Source of the DNA: Fidelibacterota bacterium
GTDB taxonomy: Bacteria; Fidelibacterota; Marinisomatia; Marinisomatales; TCS55
Assembly: GCA_046861385.1 (NCBI GenBank)
Contig: JBHHTW010000020.1
Span: forward strand, 1 to 39,127
DNA: 39,127 bases
Reading direction: 5' to 3'
Position 1 is the first letter of the stretch, and each line of letters starts with the position of its first letter. The notes under the pieces were generated by a model. The model saw only the letters and a list, made by a program, of their open reading frames with translations. It ran no database searches and was not told where the DNA came from. This document shows, piece by piece, positions 1-8,800 of this stretch. Both the position numbers and the translations under genes were made by a program.

Positions 1-30
1 TCAAATTTTTTGTGATTTTCAATGAACAGA

Positions 31-732
31 TTACATAGACAAATGCTCTTTTTTTACAAATGACCGCCATTCATTCCATGCGTGAAAATTCAATATTATT
101 CCATCACGAAACCGGGGATTAAATGACTCAAAATAGCCGTGTTCTTTTAGAATTTTGAAATGAGGTTTACCATTTACTGTTGTTTTGGGCAACAGAGCGT
201 CATTACCTCTTTTTATTTGAGAAATTCTATAGCCTCTTCGAATGCATAATGCTGAATCTAATGTTGCATCTTGTTTTACCCAAATATGATCTAATAATAT
301 AACCGATAGTCCATGATAAGGTAATGCACCATCAGAAATTATTGTTTTATAACGAGTTTCCAATAAGGGATAGTCAATAACATCCTGATAATATAATGCT
401 GAAGGGATACCGGCAGCGCGATATAAGGCAGATTGCAAAATAGATTTTTGATGACAAAATCCCCGTCCCTCATCTAAAATGACCGATGCTTTCCAATTTT
501 CAGGACCGGAAATTTTCGGAGCAAAATCATATACTATTTCATCTCTGATGAATTGAAATATTGCTGCTGCTTTATCCCACGAATCCCATAATCCATCGGT
601 TAATTCCTGAACTTTAGACTGGATATCCGGATGATGGAAATCCATAAATTCATCTGGCAAAAGACACCGCTCCCGATTCAGTTCATCTGAATCTGAAAGA
701 CCGGAAATATTTAATTCGCTAAAAGAAGCCAT
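31..732 (-). CDS. Transglutaminase-like (Cys-His-Asp) domain protein
   Basis: 233-aa ORF with 'AIFQFIRDEIVY', 'ASVILDEGRGFCHQKSIL..ALYRAAGIPS', 'PYHG' and 'WVKQDAT', matching the transglutaminase core and a Cys/His/Asp triad. No signal peptide. Confidence 0.85.
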   Translation of the reverse strand: MASFSELNISGLSDSDELNRERCLLPDEFMDFHHPDIQSKVQELTDGLWDSWDKAAAIFQFIRDEIVYDFAPKISGPENWKASVILDEGRGFCHQKSILQSALYRAAGIPSALYYQDVIDYPLLETRYKTIISDGALPYHGLSVILLDHIWVKQDATLDSALCIRRGYRISQIKRGNDALLPKTTVNGKPHFKILKEHGYFESFNPRFRDGIILNFHAWNEWRSFVKKEHLSM

Positions 733-751
733 TCAATAAAACCTTTCTATT

Positions 752-1162
752 TTAACCCTTTAACAGTGTGACGAATACTTTCCGTATTTGTTTAGGTCCA
801 TCAAATTCACATAACATAACACTTTGCCACATCCCCAACATGAGCCGCCCATTTTCAAAAGGGATGGATTCACTTGGCCCAACTAAAGCAGCCTTAATGT
901 GGGCATCGCCATTTCCATCAATCCGATCATGGAGAAAAGACCCTCTGGGCGCCAGTTTTCGTAAAACACCCAACACATCAAGAATAATATTCGGATCATC
1001 ATTCTCATTTACTAATACACCAGCTGTTGCGTGTGGGATATAAATATTGCACACTCCTTCATCCAAACCAGAGTCAGAAATAACCGTATTTATTTCTCCG
1101 GTCATATCAAGGAGATCCTCTCTGCGATCTGTTGAAAAGATGAGTTTTTTTCTGAAGAGCAT
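752..1162 (-). CDS. yjbQ: YjbQ/UPF0047 family protein (secondary thiamine-phosphate synthase family), copy 2
   Basis: Motifs 'HATAGVLVNEN.DP', 'HDRIDGNGDAHIKA' and 'LGMWQSVMLCEFDGP' are typical of UPF0047. Confidence 0.9.
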   Translation of the reverse strand: MLFRKKLIFSTDRREDLLDMTGEINTVISDSGLDEGVCNIYIPHATAGVLVNENDDPNIILDVLGVLRKLAPRGSFLHDRIDGNGDAHIKAALVGPSESIPFENGRLMLGMWQSVMLCEFDGPKQIRKVFVTLLKG

Positions 1163-1163
1163 T

Positions 1164-1586
1164 CTATTCTCCGATTATTTTCACCAATACACGCTTGTTT
1201 CGTCTGCCGTCGAATTCTCCATAAAATATTTGCTCCCAGGTACCAAAATGCAATTGCCCATCCGTTATAGCTACGACGACTTCTCTTCCCATTATTTGAC
1301 GTTTATGATGGGCATCTCCATTATCTTCCCCTGTTCGGTTATGGTGATATCGATCAGGACTGGCATCGAAGGGCGCCAGGTCTTCCAGCCAGCGTTTATA
1401 ATCTTCGTGCAGACCCGCTTCATCATCATTTATAAAAACAGATGCAGTAATATGCATTGCGTTGACCAAACATAATCCATTCTGAATTTCACTTTCTTTC
1501 ACGGCATCATCTACATCAGATGTAATATTGACAAACCCCATTCGTTCAGGGATATGAAACCAGAGTTCTTTGTGAAATGTCTTCAT
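1164..1586 (-). CDS. yjbQ: YjbQ/UPF0047 family protein, copy 1
   Basis: Motifs '[13 protein letters not shown]', '[16 protein letters not shown]' and '[14 protein letters not shown]'. The ATG at 1586 ([10 protein letters not shown]) is preferred over the TTG at 1607 in the ORF track. Confidence 0.9.
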   Translation of the reverse strand: MKTFHKELWFHIPERMGFVNITSDVDDAVKESEIQNGLCLVNAMHITASVFINDDEAGLHEDYKRWLEDLAPFDASPDRYHHNRTGEDNGDAHHKRQIMGREVVVAITDGQLHFGTWEQIFYGEFDGRRNKRVLVKIIGE

Positions 1587-1610
1587 ACTTAATCTATTGG
1601 TTCGCAAATA

Positions 1611-2294
1611 TTAGACCAATGACACGGTCAATGGCTGCAACCCCTCAATCCTGGCAGATATTGTATCTCCCTTTTGTAATTTTCCTACGCCTTCAGGTGT
1701 ACCAGTAAAAATAATATCACCTGGAAACAATGTGGTATAACCCGATAAAATACTTATGATTTCTTCGGGAGAACGAATCATATTAATAATATCACTGATC
1801 TGTCTGGTCTGGTTATTGACGGTTAATTGTATTGAACCTGTACGGATATTCCCACACACTTTTGCTGTAGTAATCGTAGAAATTGGAGCTGAAAACGGAA
1901 TGCTTTTTGCCAATGTCCAAGGCCTCCCGTACTGTTTGGCTTCGTTTTGAATATCTCTGCATGTTAAATCAATTCCGACGGAATAACCCAATATATGTTT
2001 TCCGGCATCTTTCATAGAAATATTCCTTCCTTTTTTTCCAATTACCACCACCAGTTCAACTTCATGTTGAAAATTATTCGTAAATGACGGAATTGGTATT
2101 TCAGCTCCATTCAGAGCAACGGCATCCGGTGATTTTAAGAAATAAATAAAAGGAATATCCTTATCCTTATAACCCATTTCCTGAATGTGTTTTTTATAAT
2201 TCCTTCCAACACAGAAAATTCTGTAAACAAGAAATGAATCATTCGATTCTGATATGGGAACGGAAAATTTTGGGGGAGAATTAATAAAGTTCAT
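1611..2294 (-). CDS. Fumarylacetoacetate (FAH) hydrolase family protein, FAHD1/YcgM-like
   Basis: Motifs 'RIFCVGRNYKKH', 'HEVELVVVIGK', 'DLTCRDIQ', 'PWTLAKS' and 'PGDIIFTGTPEGVG'. ATG at 2294 (the ORF track uses TTG at 2297). Confidence 0.92.
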   Translation of the reverse strand: MNFINSPPKFSVPISESNDSFLVYRIFCVGRNYKKHIQEMGYKDKDIPFIYFLKSPDAVALNGAEIPIPSFTNNFQHEVELVVVIGKKGRNISMKDAGKHILGYSVGIDLTCRDIQNEAKQYGRPWTLAKSIPFSAPISTITTAKVCGNIRTGSIQLTVNNQTRQISDIINMIRSPEEIISILSGYTTLFPGDIIFTGTPEGVGKLQKGDTISARIEGLQPLTVSLV

Positions 2295-2300
2295 CAAGCG

Positions 2301-3449
2301 CTAATATTTTTTGACTGCTTTGATAATTTCCTCTGCAGCAAAGTGAATGTCATCTTCTGTTGTAAATCGTCCCAATCCGATGCGAATGGATGCTTTTGCT
2401 AAGGCATCATTATGACCCATGGCCCTCAAAACATAGCTGGAATCCAGGGTCGCACTGGAGCAGGCTGATCCTGAAGATACAGATAGTCGATTCAAATTCA
2501 TTAATAAACGATCACCATCCGTATTTGGAAAAGAAAAATTTATATTATTTGGTAATCGGTGATCCAAGCTCCCATTTATCAACGTATTCGGTAGCGATTC
2601 AATTATTTTGTTCATTAAGATATCTCGTAGTTTGATTTGTTTAAGATTATCAGTGTTGCGGTTCATACTGCACAATTCAACGGCCTTTCCAAAACCGACT
2701 ATTTGGGGAACAGGCAGCGTCCCTGATCGTAATCCTCCTTCTTGTCCTCCGCCATGAATTTGCGGAAATAAATCATTCCGGTTCTTATGATTTATGTATA
2801 AAAAACCGACTCCTTTGGGACCGTATATTTTATGAGCCGTTCCCGTTAAAAAACTTATGTTTAATTCATTCACATCGATTGGGATTTTTCCAAATGTCTG
2901 AGCCGCGTCAACCAGAAATGGAATATTATTTTCCCGGCAAATATTCCCAATCTCTCCAATGTGATGGATAACACCAATCTCGTTATTGGCATGCATAATT
3001 GCTATCAGAATCGTATCATCACGAATTGCATCAAACACCTTTTCCGGATCAACCCTGCCATCTTTCTCAACCTCAACATACGTGATGTTAAACCCACTCT
3101 TTTCCATTGCTGCACATGTATCTAAAACAGCTTTATGTTCCGTCACTTGTGTGACGATATGCTTTCCTTGGCTTTTTTGAGATTGACAGATTCCTTTAAT
3201 GACCAAATTGATTGATTCGGTCGCCCCGCTTGTAAATATTATTTCTCTGGTTTTTGCTTTTAATTCAGCGCCGATTATCTTTCTGGATTTTTCTACAGCT
3301 TCTTTCGCTTCCCAGCCATGGGGATGCCTGCTGGAAGCATTCCCAAATTTTTCAATAAAATACGGCTCCATGGCCGAAAATACTTGTGGATCCAGGGGTG
3401 TCGTTGCGTTATTGTCTAAATAAACTTGTTTAGTCAATTTATTTACCAC
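2301..3449 (-). CDS. iscS: Cysteine desulfurase, IscS/NifS type (class V PLP enzyme)
   Basis: Motifs 'YLDNNATT', 'FTSGATES', 'DAAQ', PLP lysine in 'AHKIYGPKG' and catalytic Cys in 'SSGSACSS'. The true start may be TTG at 3437, which has AGGTGGT about 7 nt upstream. Confidence 0.93.
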   Translation of the reverse strand: MVNKLTKQVYLDNNATTPLDPQVFSAMEPYFIEKFGNASSRHPHGWEAKEAVEKSRKIIGAELKAKTREIIFTSGATESINLVIKGICQSQKSQGKHIVTQVTEHKAVLDTCAAMEKSGFNITYVEVEKDGRVDPEKVFDAIRDDTILIAIMHANNEIGVIHHIGEIGNICRENNIPFLVDAAQTFGKIPIDVNELNISFLTGTAHKIYGPKGVGFLYINHKNRNDLFPQIHGGGQEGGLRSGTLPVPQIVGFGKAVELCSMNRNTDNLKQIKLRDILMNKIIESLPNTLINGSLDHRLPNNINFSFPNTDGDRLLMNLNRLSVSSGSACSSATLDSSYVLRAMGHNDALAKASIRIGLGRFTTEDDIHFAAEEIIKAVKKY

Positions 3450-3930
3450 CTGTTCTTGCTTCCCGTTTTTCCTTCAAATGTTTTAGCAGGCTTTTTACCT
3501 CTTTATCATTTTTATACCACACTGGTGGTTCGTCGTAATCCGGTATTCCATCATCAATCAGAGTTTTTGAATCTAAATATTTAGGATAACCTTTCACTGG
3601 AACTCCTCCAACACAAATTGCAATTAGATTGCTTTCATCACTGGCTTTTAATGCACGCTTACCTTTAGGATCAATTTTTATAATATCACCTTTTTGTATT
3701 TTAATTTCTTTACCATCAATATGGATAGCCCCTTCACCATCGAAAATAAAATATATTTCTTCCTGTTCCTTGTGTTGATGGAGAAATTTATATCCTTTAC
3801 CGGCTTTTAAATGGATTAACCCGACACCGACAGCTTTCAGGTTCAAATCATCTTTTAAAAAGGTAATCCATTCAGGTAAATTATCAAAATCGATTGAAGT
3901 TTTCGAATAATTCATTTTTTTCTTATCCAA
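3439..3930 (-). CDS. Cupin-domain protein
   Basis: 'HQHKEQEEIYFIFDGEGAIHIDG...GDIIKIDP' is a cupin_2 motif. Alternative ATG at 3915. Confidence 0.85.
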   Translation of the reverse strand: MDKKKMNYSKTSIDFDNLPEWITFLKDDLNLKAVGVGLIHLKAGKGYKFLHQHKEQEEIYFIFDGEGAIHIDGKEIKIQKGDIIKIDPKGKRALKASDESNLIAICVGGVPVKGYPKYLDSKTLIDDGIPDYDEPPVWYKNDKEVKSLLKHLKEKREARTGGK

Positions 3931-4015
3931 TTAAAAAAATGTTTACCATCTATTAATGTACTGGATTCAGTTATGGAGGAAAGAGACTCATTAACTGTGT
4001 TGTAATTGAGAGATT

Positions 4016-5425
4016 TTACGAGTTATCGGCTTCAAATGACTCCAAAATAATTCCGATACAGGCAGTCAGCTTTTTTGCATATGGTATGTGAAGAAACTCA
4101 TTGGGACCATGAGCATTTGATCGGGGACCGAGCACACCGGTTATGACAAATTGTGCATCAGGGAATCGCTTCCCCAGCATGGACATAAATGGAATTGACC
4201 CTCCTTCACCCATGTTTAATGCTGGCTTTCCAAAAATATTTTCTGATGCAGATTGAATTCCTTTCTCAAGCCAGGCAGATTTTTTTGGGGCATCCCAGCC
4301 AGAGGCAGGTTCATCAAATTTGAGTGTTATTTTTGCTCGGTAAGGGGGGTCATTTAATAAAATCTTTTCTAGATTATCTCGTACAATATTGGCGTTAAGA
4401 GTCGGTGGTAATCGTAAGGACAGTTTTACGGCAGTATAGGGTCTGAGTACATTACCACCATCCTTTGCCGCAGGGATGCCATCTGCACCTACAATAGATA
4501 ACATCGGGCGCCACGTGCGATTTAAAACCATCTCAACCTTATCATCGGTCATGGGCTCAGCGCCTTCAACCCATGGAAACGCGTCGAACACTTCATCACC
4601 GAGAACGTTCACCATGGTTTTCACATCCTCAACTCTGTAATCAGGGATATTTACAAAAAAATCTTTAACTAAAATTCGTCCGTTTTTTTCATCTTCAATC
4701 CGGGATAATAGTTGTCTCATAATTCGGAAAGACGAAGGAACAATTCCACTTCCGCCTGAATGAATACCCTCTTTTAAAATATCTACCCTCAGCGTGCAGC
4801 CGATCATGCCCCGCAACGATGTAGTGGTCCAGAATTGATCATAATTCCCGGCACCGGAATCTAAACAGATTACCAAGTCAGGTGATCCGATAATATCGCT
4901 GCAATGTTCCATGTAAAAAGGAAGATCCACTGACCCGCTTTCTTCTGAACATTCTATCAAGATAACTATTCTGGGGAGGTCAATCCCCTGTTGTAATAAT
5001 GCATTTATGGCACATACTGAGGAAAATATTGCATAACCATCGTCTGCTCCTCCTCGTCCATATAATTTTTCGTCTTTCAGAACCGGCTTCCAAGGCCCCA
5101 TTCCTTCAGTCCACCCTTCCATTTCCGGCTGCTTGTCCAAGTGCCCATACATTAAAACAGTCCCATCAACTGAACCGGGAATATCCAATATTATTAGAGG
5201 CGTTCGATCATTTTCAAAGAATCGATGGAGAGTACTGGTCTTCGGTTTATGTTTATTAATCCAACCTATAACCAAATCAACTACTTTTTCCATATGTCCA
5301 CTGCTTTGCCAATCCGGATCAAACATGGGTGATTTATTGGGAATTTTTATATACTCAACTAAAGCTGGTAATATATTATCGTCCCAAAAAGAGTTGATAA
5401 ATTTTTGTAGTTTTCCTGAATCCAT
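4016..5425 (-). CDS. M20/M25/M40 family metallopeptidase (dipeptidase-like)
   Basis: Metal-ligand motifs 'YGHLDKQP', 'LYGRGGADDG', 'EESGS', 'CLDSG' and 'NAHGPNE'. Cytoplasmic (no signal peptide). Confidence 0.92.
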   Translation of the reverse strand: MDSGKLQKFINSFWDDNILPALVEYIKIPNKSPMFDPDWQSSGHMEKVVDLVIGWINKHKPKTSTLHRFFENDRTPLIILDIPGSVDGTVLMYGHLDKQPEMEGWTEGMGPWKPVLKDEKLYGRGGADDGYAIFSSVCAINALLQQGIDLPRIVILIECSEESGSVDLPFYMEHCSDIIGSPDLVICLDSGAGNYDQFWTTTSLRGMIGCTLRVDILKEGIHSGGSGIVPSSFRIMRQLLSRIEDEKNGRILVKDFFVNIPDYRVEDVKTMVNVLGDEVFDAFPWVEGAEPMTDDKVEMVLNRTWRPMLSIVGADGIPAAKDGGNVLRPYTAVKLSLRLPPTLNANIVRDNLEKILLNDPPYRAKITLKFDEPASGWDAPKKSAWLEKGIQSASENIFGKPALNMGEGGSIPFMSMLGKRFPDAQFVITGVLGPRSNAHGPNEFLHIPYAKKLTACIGIILESFEADNS

Positions 5426-5516
5426 AAGTTAAGTTGTTTAGTTTTGAATGAATAAAAATGGAGTGAAATATACGGATGAATCGTGCATTATGATACAATG
5501 CGATGTAATTTTTACT

Positions 5517-8500
5517 ATGAGAAACATACTTCTAATTTTTGGATTATCCACTATATTATGCGCCCAAACCAATAATAGTGAATTTCGTGCCACATGGATT
5601 ATTACATGGGATTGGATAAGTCCTGAAAAATCTGCAGTAGAGATTCAGGATCATATTCGAGAGATACTTGATAATCATGTGGATGCTCACATGACATCCG
5701 TTCTTTTTCAAATACGTCAAAGCGGAACTGCATACTATCATTCTTCCTTCGAACCTTGGGGATATTATGCCGGCTACAGTGATCCCGGGTTTGACCCCCT
5801 GGAGTTTGCTGTAAAGGAAGCCCACAAACGAGGTTTGGAATTACATGCCTGGTTTAACACATTCCAGGTTTCAAGTACTTATGCCGGAACTCCGGCAGAA
5901 GAACACCCCGAGTGGGTTTGCCGTGACCAGGATGGATATCCCATGGAATCTTATCGTTCAATTTCTCCTGGATTAGAGGCGGTCAGGGATTATTTACTGG
6001 GTGTAGCCATGGAAGTGGTGAATAATTACAATATTGACGGGTTGCACCTTGACTACGTCAGGTGGAACGAATATACGAATACAATGAACCAAATGAATTT
6101 TAGAGAGCAACCTGAAGAAATACACATGATGGATGGTTGGATCACTGAGGCTCAAATTCAAGAAATCAATCAAAATCAATCCGGAAGGTATCTGTATGAT
6201 ATTGATCACCCATACAGCGGCGGCATTCCTGCCGGTTTTTCATCTTGGGAAGAATGGTGGCGATCATCTGTAACCGAATTTGTGAGTGCTCTACATGATT
6301 CTATCCAGATTGTGAAACCTTACGTGCGACTATCAGTGGCAGCCTTGGGTAAATATAATTGGGGTGGTTGGCAAGGATACGGGACTGTTTATCAGGATGC
6401 AGCGCTATGGTATAATGAAGGCTTTATAGACCAATTAACGCCCATGCATTACCATTGGGAAACAGGAACGGGATTTCTGGGTATGCTTATAAACGATTGT
6501 CCCAACTGTTGGTCCGACTATATCCAGGACGGTATTGCAGATCACCGTATTTTTTCTGTAGGTCCTCCCTCCTATTCTATGCCCTGGAAAAATCATAAAA
6601 ATATTGTAAACGATTGCAGAACAGTGGACTGGGTAGACGGTTTTCAATTTTTTAGTTCCGGTTCGTGGGATTATTTTGGAAAATGGGCAGATGCTGGAAA
6701 TACATTTTTTGCAAAAAAGACAAAAATACCCGAGAGTTTTTCCACAGAAAGTATTCAACCAAATACACCATCTTTAAATATAAATAAAATAGACAGTCTT
6801 CATTACCAATTGAATGTGACGCCATCGGACACAAGTCACCTTAACTGGTTCGTCCTTTACCGATCGGAGACAGATAGTACAAATCCAGAAGAAAATGAAA
6901 TGATTGAGATCCGTTTTGCTGATTCAGCATTTTCTTTTTTAGATTCATTTGATGGCACCCAGGATTTTAATGGACAGTATCATTATTATGCGACTCAAGC
7001 CAACCGGTTTTGGAAAGAATCACTCCCCTCGAATATTTTCGTATCGGACTCAATCCCTTCTTTTGCTCCCGTCATCGTAAGCATTTACCCCGAAGACTTG
7101 GACTCTGTTGACGTAACCACGTCTCCTGTGATCAATTTTTCAAAAACAATGACGATACAGGATTCATACAATTTCATTACAATAACACCTGATCCGGGGC
7201 ATAACCTTGTGTGGACTAATTCAAACAAATCAGTAACGATTAATGTCTGGTACAATCTTGAATATGATACAACATATAGTATCGTCGTTTCTTCTGATTT
7301 AGCAGATGTAAATAATGTCGCTTTAGATGGTAATGGTGATGGAATTGCAGGAGATGATTATTCTTTTCAATTTCGTACTTTTGCTCAGGATGTTTTAGGA
7401 CCCATGATTACCGAAACTTCCTTCAGCGTCGATAATCCGGTTGATATTGGACAGTTACTCACCGTTACATTTAACGAAGAAATAAACTCGACATCCCTGA
7501 ATACTAACTCAGTACTATTAACTGCGAACAATAACACTATTTCTTACAACAATGCATATTCAGTATTTAACGAGGAATTTTCATCATACACCATCAGACC
7601 AATCGAAGGACATTTCAGTGCAAATACAGAATACCAAATACAGTTTACAGATGGAATAACAGATTTGGATGGTAATCCGATGCAGCCCATAACATTCACA
7701 TTCAATTCCGAACCTCAGGTTTATGACGAGGTTGCATTTATTGATGAGTTCGATAATACTGCCAATTGGTGGACTCCCAGTGGAAGCGGCTCAACGGTGG
7801 GAATTCTTTCCGGAACGTCATTTGAGATAGATAATACCATATCGATACCCGGTACATATCCAAGAAAGTCGGCAAAATTAAGCTATGTCTGGGACACATC
7901 TGTATCTGACCATTTAATTCGAACCTATCTATCTGGTGGTGATCCAAGAGCCGTTGAGTTCGATACCAGTTATACTCTCGAATGTTATGTTTATGGCGAT
8001 GGGAGTCATAATTATTTTAGATTTGCTTTAGATGATCATTTACCAACAACAGCAGGCAATTACCATGAAGTGAGTCGATGGTTTGAAATCGACTGGATAG
8101 GTTGGAAATTGATCACATGGGACCTTGGGGTAGATTCAGTAGGTTCTTGGATTGGTAATGGAAAATTGGAAGGTACGCTGCGTACTGATTCATTCCAGAT
8201 GACTTATAATGATGCATTTGGCATCAGCGAAGGGGCCATTTATTTTGATGATTATAAAATTACAAAAAAATCATTTAGCTTGAATACCAGGAATGAGCAT
8301 GCGATTATACCAGAAAAAATGACTCTTTTTCAAAATTATCCAAATCCATTCAACCCGATTACAGAAATACAATACTCCATACCCCAATATGGATATGTTT
8401 CAATAATGGTATACAATTTGCTTGGACAACAGGTCAAAACGCTTGTTAATGAAATTCAAAATGCCGGATCCCATACAATCATTTGGGACGGAAACGATTC

Positions 8501-8591
8501 TTATGGACAAACGGTTGCATCCGGAATTTATTTCTGTCAGCTAAAATCAGTGAATGAAGTAAAAACGATTAGGATGGTATTTACAAAATAA
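5517..8591 (+). CDS. Secreted GHL10 (DUF187; YddW/DigH-like) glycoside hydrolase with FN3-like domain, two SbsA/Big_5 Ig domains, a CBM-like module and a T9SS-type CTD
   Basis: Signal peptide from ATG 5517 (MRNILLIFGLSTILCAQ). GHL10 motifs 'EFRATWI', 'FQIRQSGTAYY', 'FDPLEFAVKEAHKRGLELHAWFN' and 'IDGLHLDYVR'. C-terminus 'LFQNYPNPFNPIT...VASGIYFCQL...IRMVFTK'. Confidence 0.85.
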   Translation: MRNILLIFGLSTILCAQTNNSEFRATWIITWDWISPEKSAVEIQDHIREILDNHVDAHMTSVLFQIRQSGTAYYHSSFEPWGYYAGYSDPGFDPLEFAVKEAHKRGLELHAWFNTFQVSSTYAGTPAEEHPEWVCRDQDGYPMESYRSISPGLEAVRDYLLGVAMEVVNNYNIDGLHLDYVRWNEYTNTMNQMNFREQPEEIHMMDGWITEAQIQEINQNQSGRYLYDIDHPYSGGIPAGFSSWEEWWRSSVTEFVSALHDSIQIVKPYVRLSVAALGKYNWGGWQGYGTVYQDAALWYNEGFIDQLTPMHYHWETGTGFLGMLINDCPNCWSDYIQDGIADHRIFSVGPPSYSMPWKNHKNIVNDCRTVDWVDGFQFFSSGSWDYFGKWADAGNTFFAKKTKIPESFSTESIQPNTPSLNINKIDSLHYQLNVTPSDTSHLNWFVLYRSETDSTNPEENEMIEIRFADSAFSFLDSFDGTQDFNGQYHYYATQANRFWKESLPSNIFVSDSIPSFAPVIVSIYPEDLDSVDVTTSPVINFSKTMTIQDSYNFITITPDPGHNLVWTNSNKSVTINVWYNLEYDTTYSIVVSSDLADVNNVALDGNGDGIAGDDYSFQFRTFAQDVLGPMITETSFSVDNPVDIGQLLTVTFNEEINSTSLNTNSVLLTANNNTISYNNAYSVFNEEFSSYTIRPIEGHFSANTEYQIQFTDGITDLDGNPMQPITFTFNSEPQVYDEVAFIDEFDNTANWWTPSGSGSTVGILSGTSFEIDNTISIPGTYPRKSAKLSYVWDTSVSDHLIRTYLSGGDPRAVEFDTSYTLECYVYGDGSHNYFRFALDDHLPTTAGNYHEVSRWFEIDWIGWKLITWDLGVDSVGSWIGNGKLEGTLRTDSFQMTYNDAFGISEGAIYFDDYKITKKSFSLNTRNEHAIIPEKMTLFQNYPNPFNPITEIQYSIPQYGYVSIMVYNLLGQQVKTLVNEIQNAGSHTIIWDGNDSYGQTVASGIYFCQLKSVNEVKTIRMVFTK

Positions 8592-8596
8592 GAACC

Positions 8597-8691
8597 TGTC
8601 ATTACCCCCAAGTCGACGAATTGATCTCCTAAATTAAACTAAAGTAAGGAGATTACTTCTCCCGATACACTGTATCGGGCTCGCAAAGACA
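8597..8691. repeat. Palindromic intergenic element (RPE/REP-like) between convergent genes, possibly a bidirectional terminator
   Basis: Ends TGTCATT...CTCGCAAAGACA, internal inverted repeat ATCTCCT (8624-8630) / AGGAGAT (8647-8653), and a perfect palindrome CCCGATACA-C-TGTATCGGG (8661-8679). Confidence 0.55.
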
Positions 8692-8800
8692 ATAATTATT
8701 ACCTATGTAATATAGGTTTTCCCAATTTGGATTGTCTCCACTGTGTTGCTGATAAATTGTCCTTACCGATGGCAGGGAAGACCAAATACATAACAGAGAT

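Noticed and set aside
5448-5516. Longer N-termini given in the ORF track for the glycosidase (also 14675-14710 and 34409-34441 for two other genes)
   Set aside because: Downstream ATGs (5517, 14674, 34408) place the signal peptide at or nearer the N-terminus, and two of them have SD sites.
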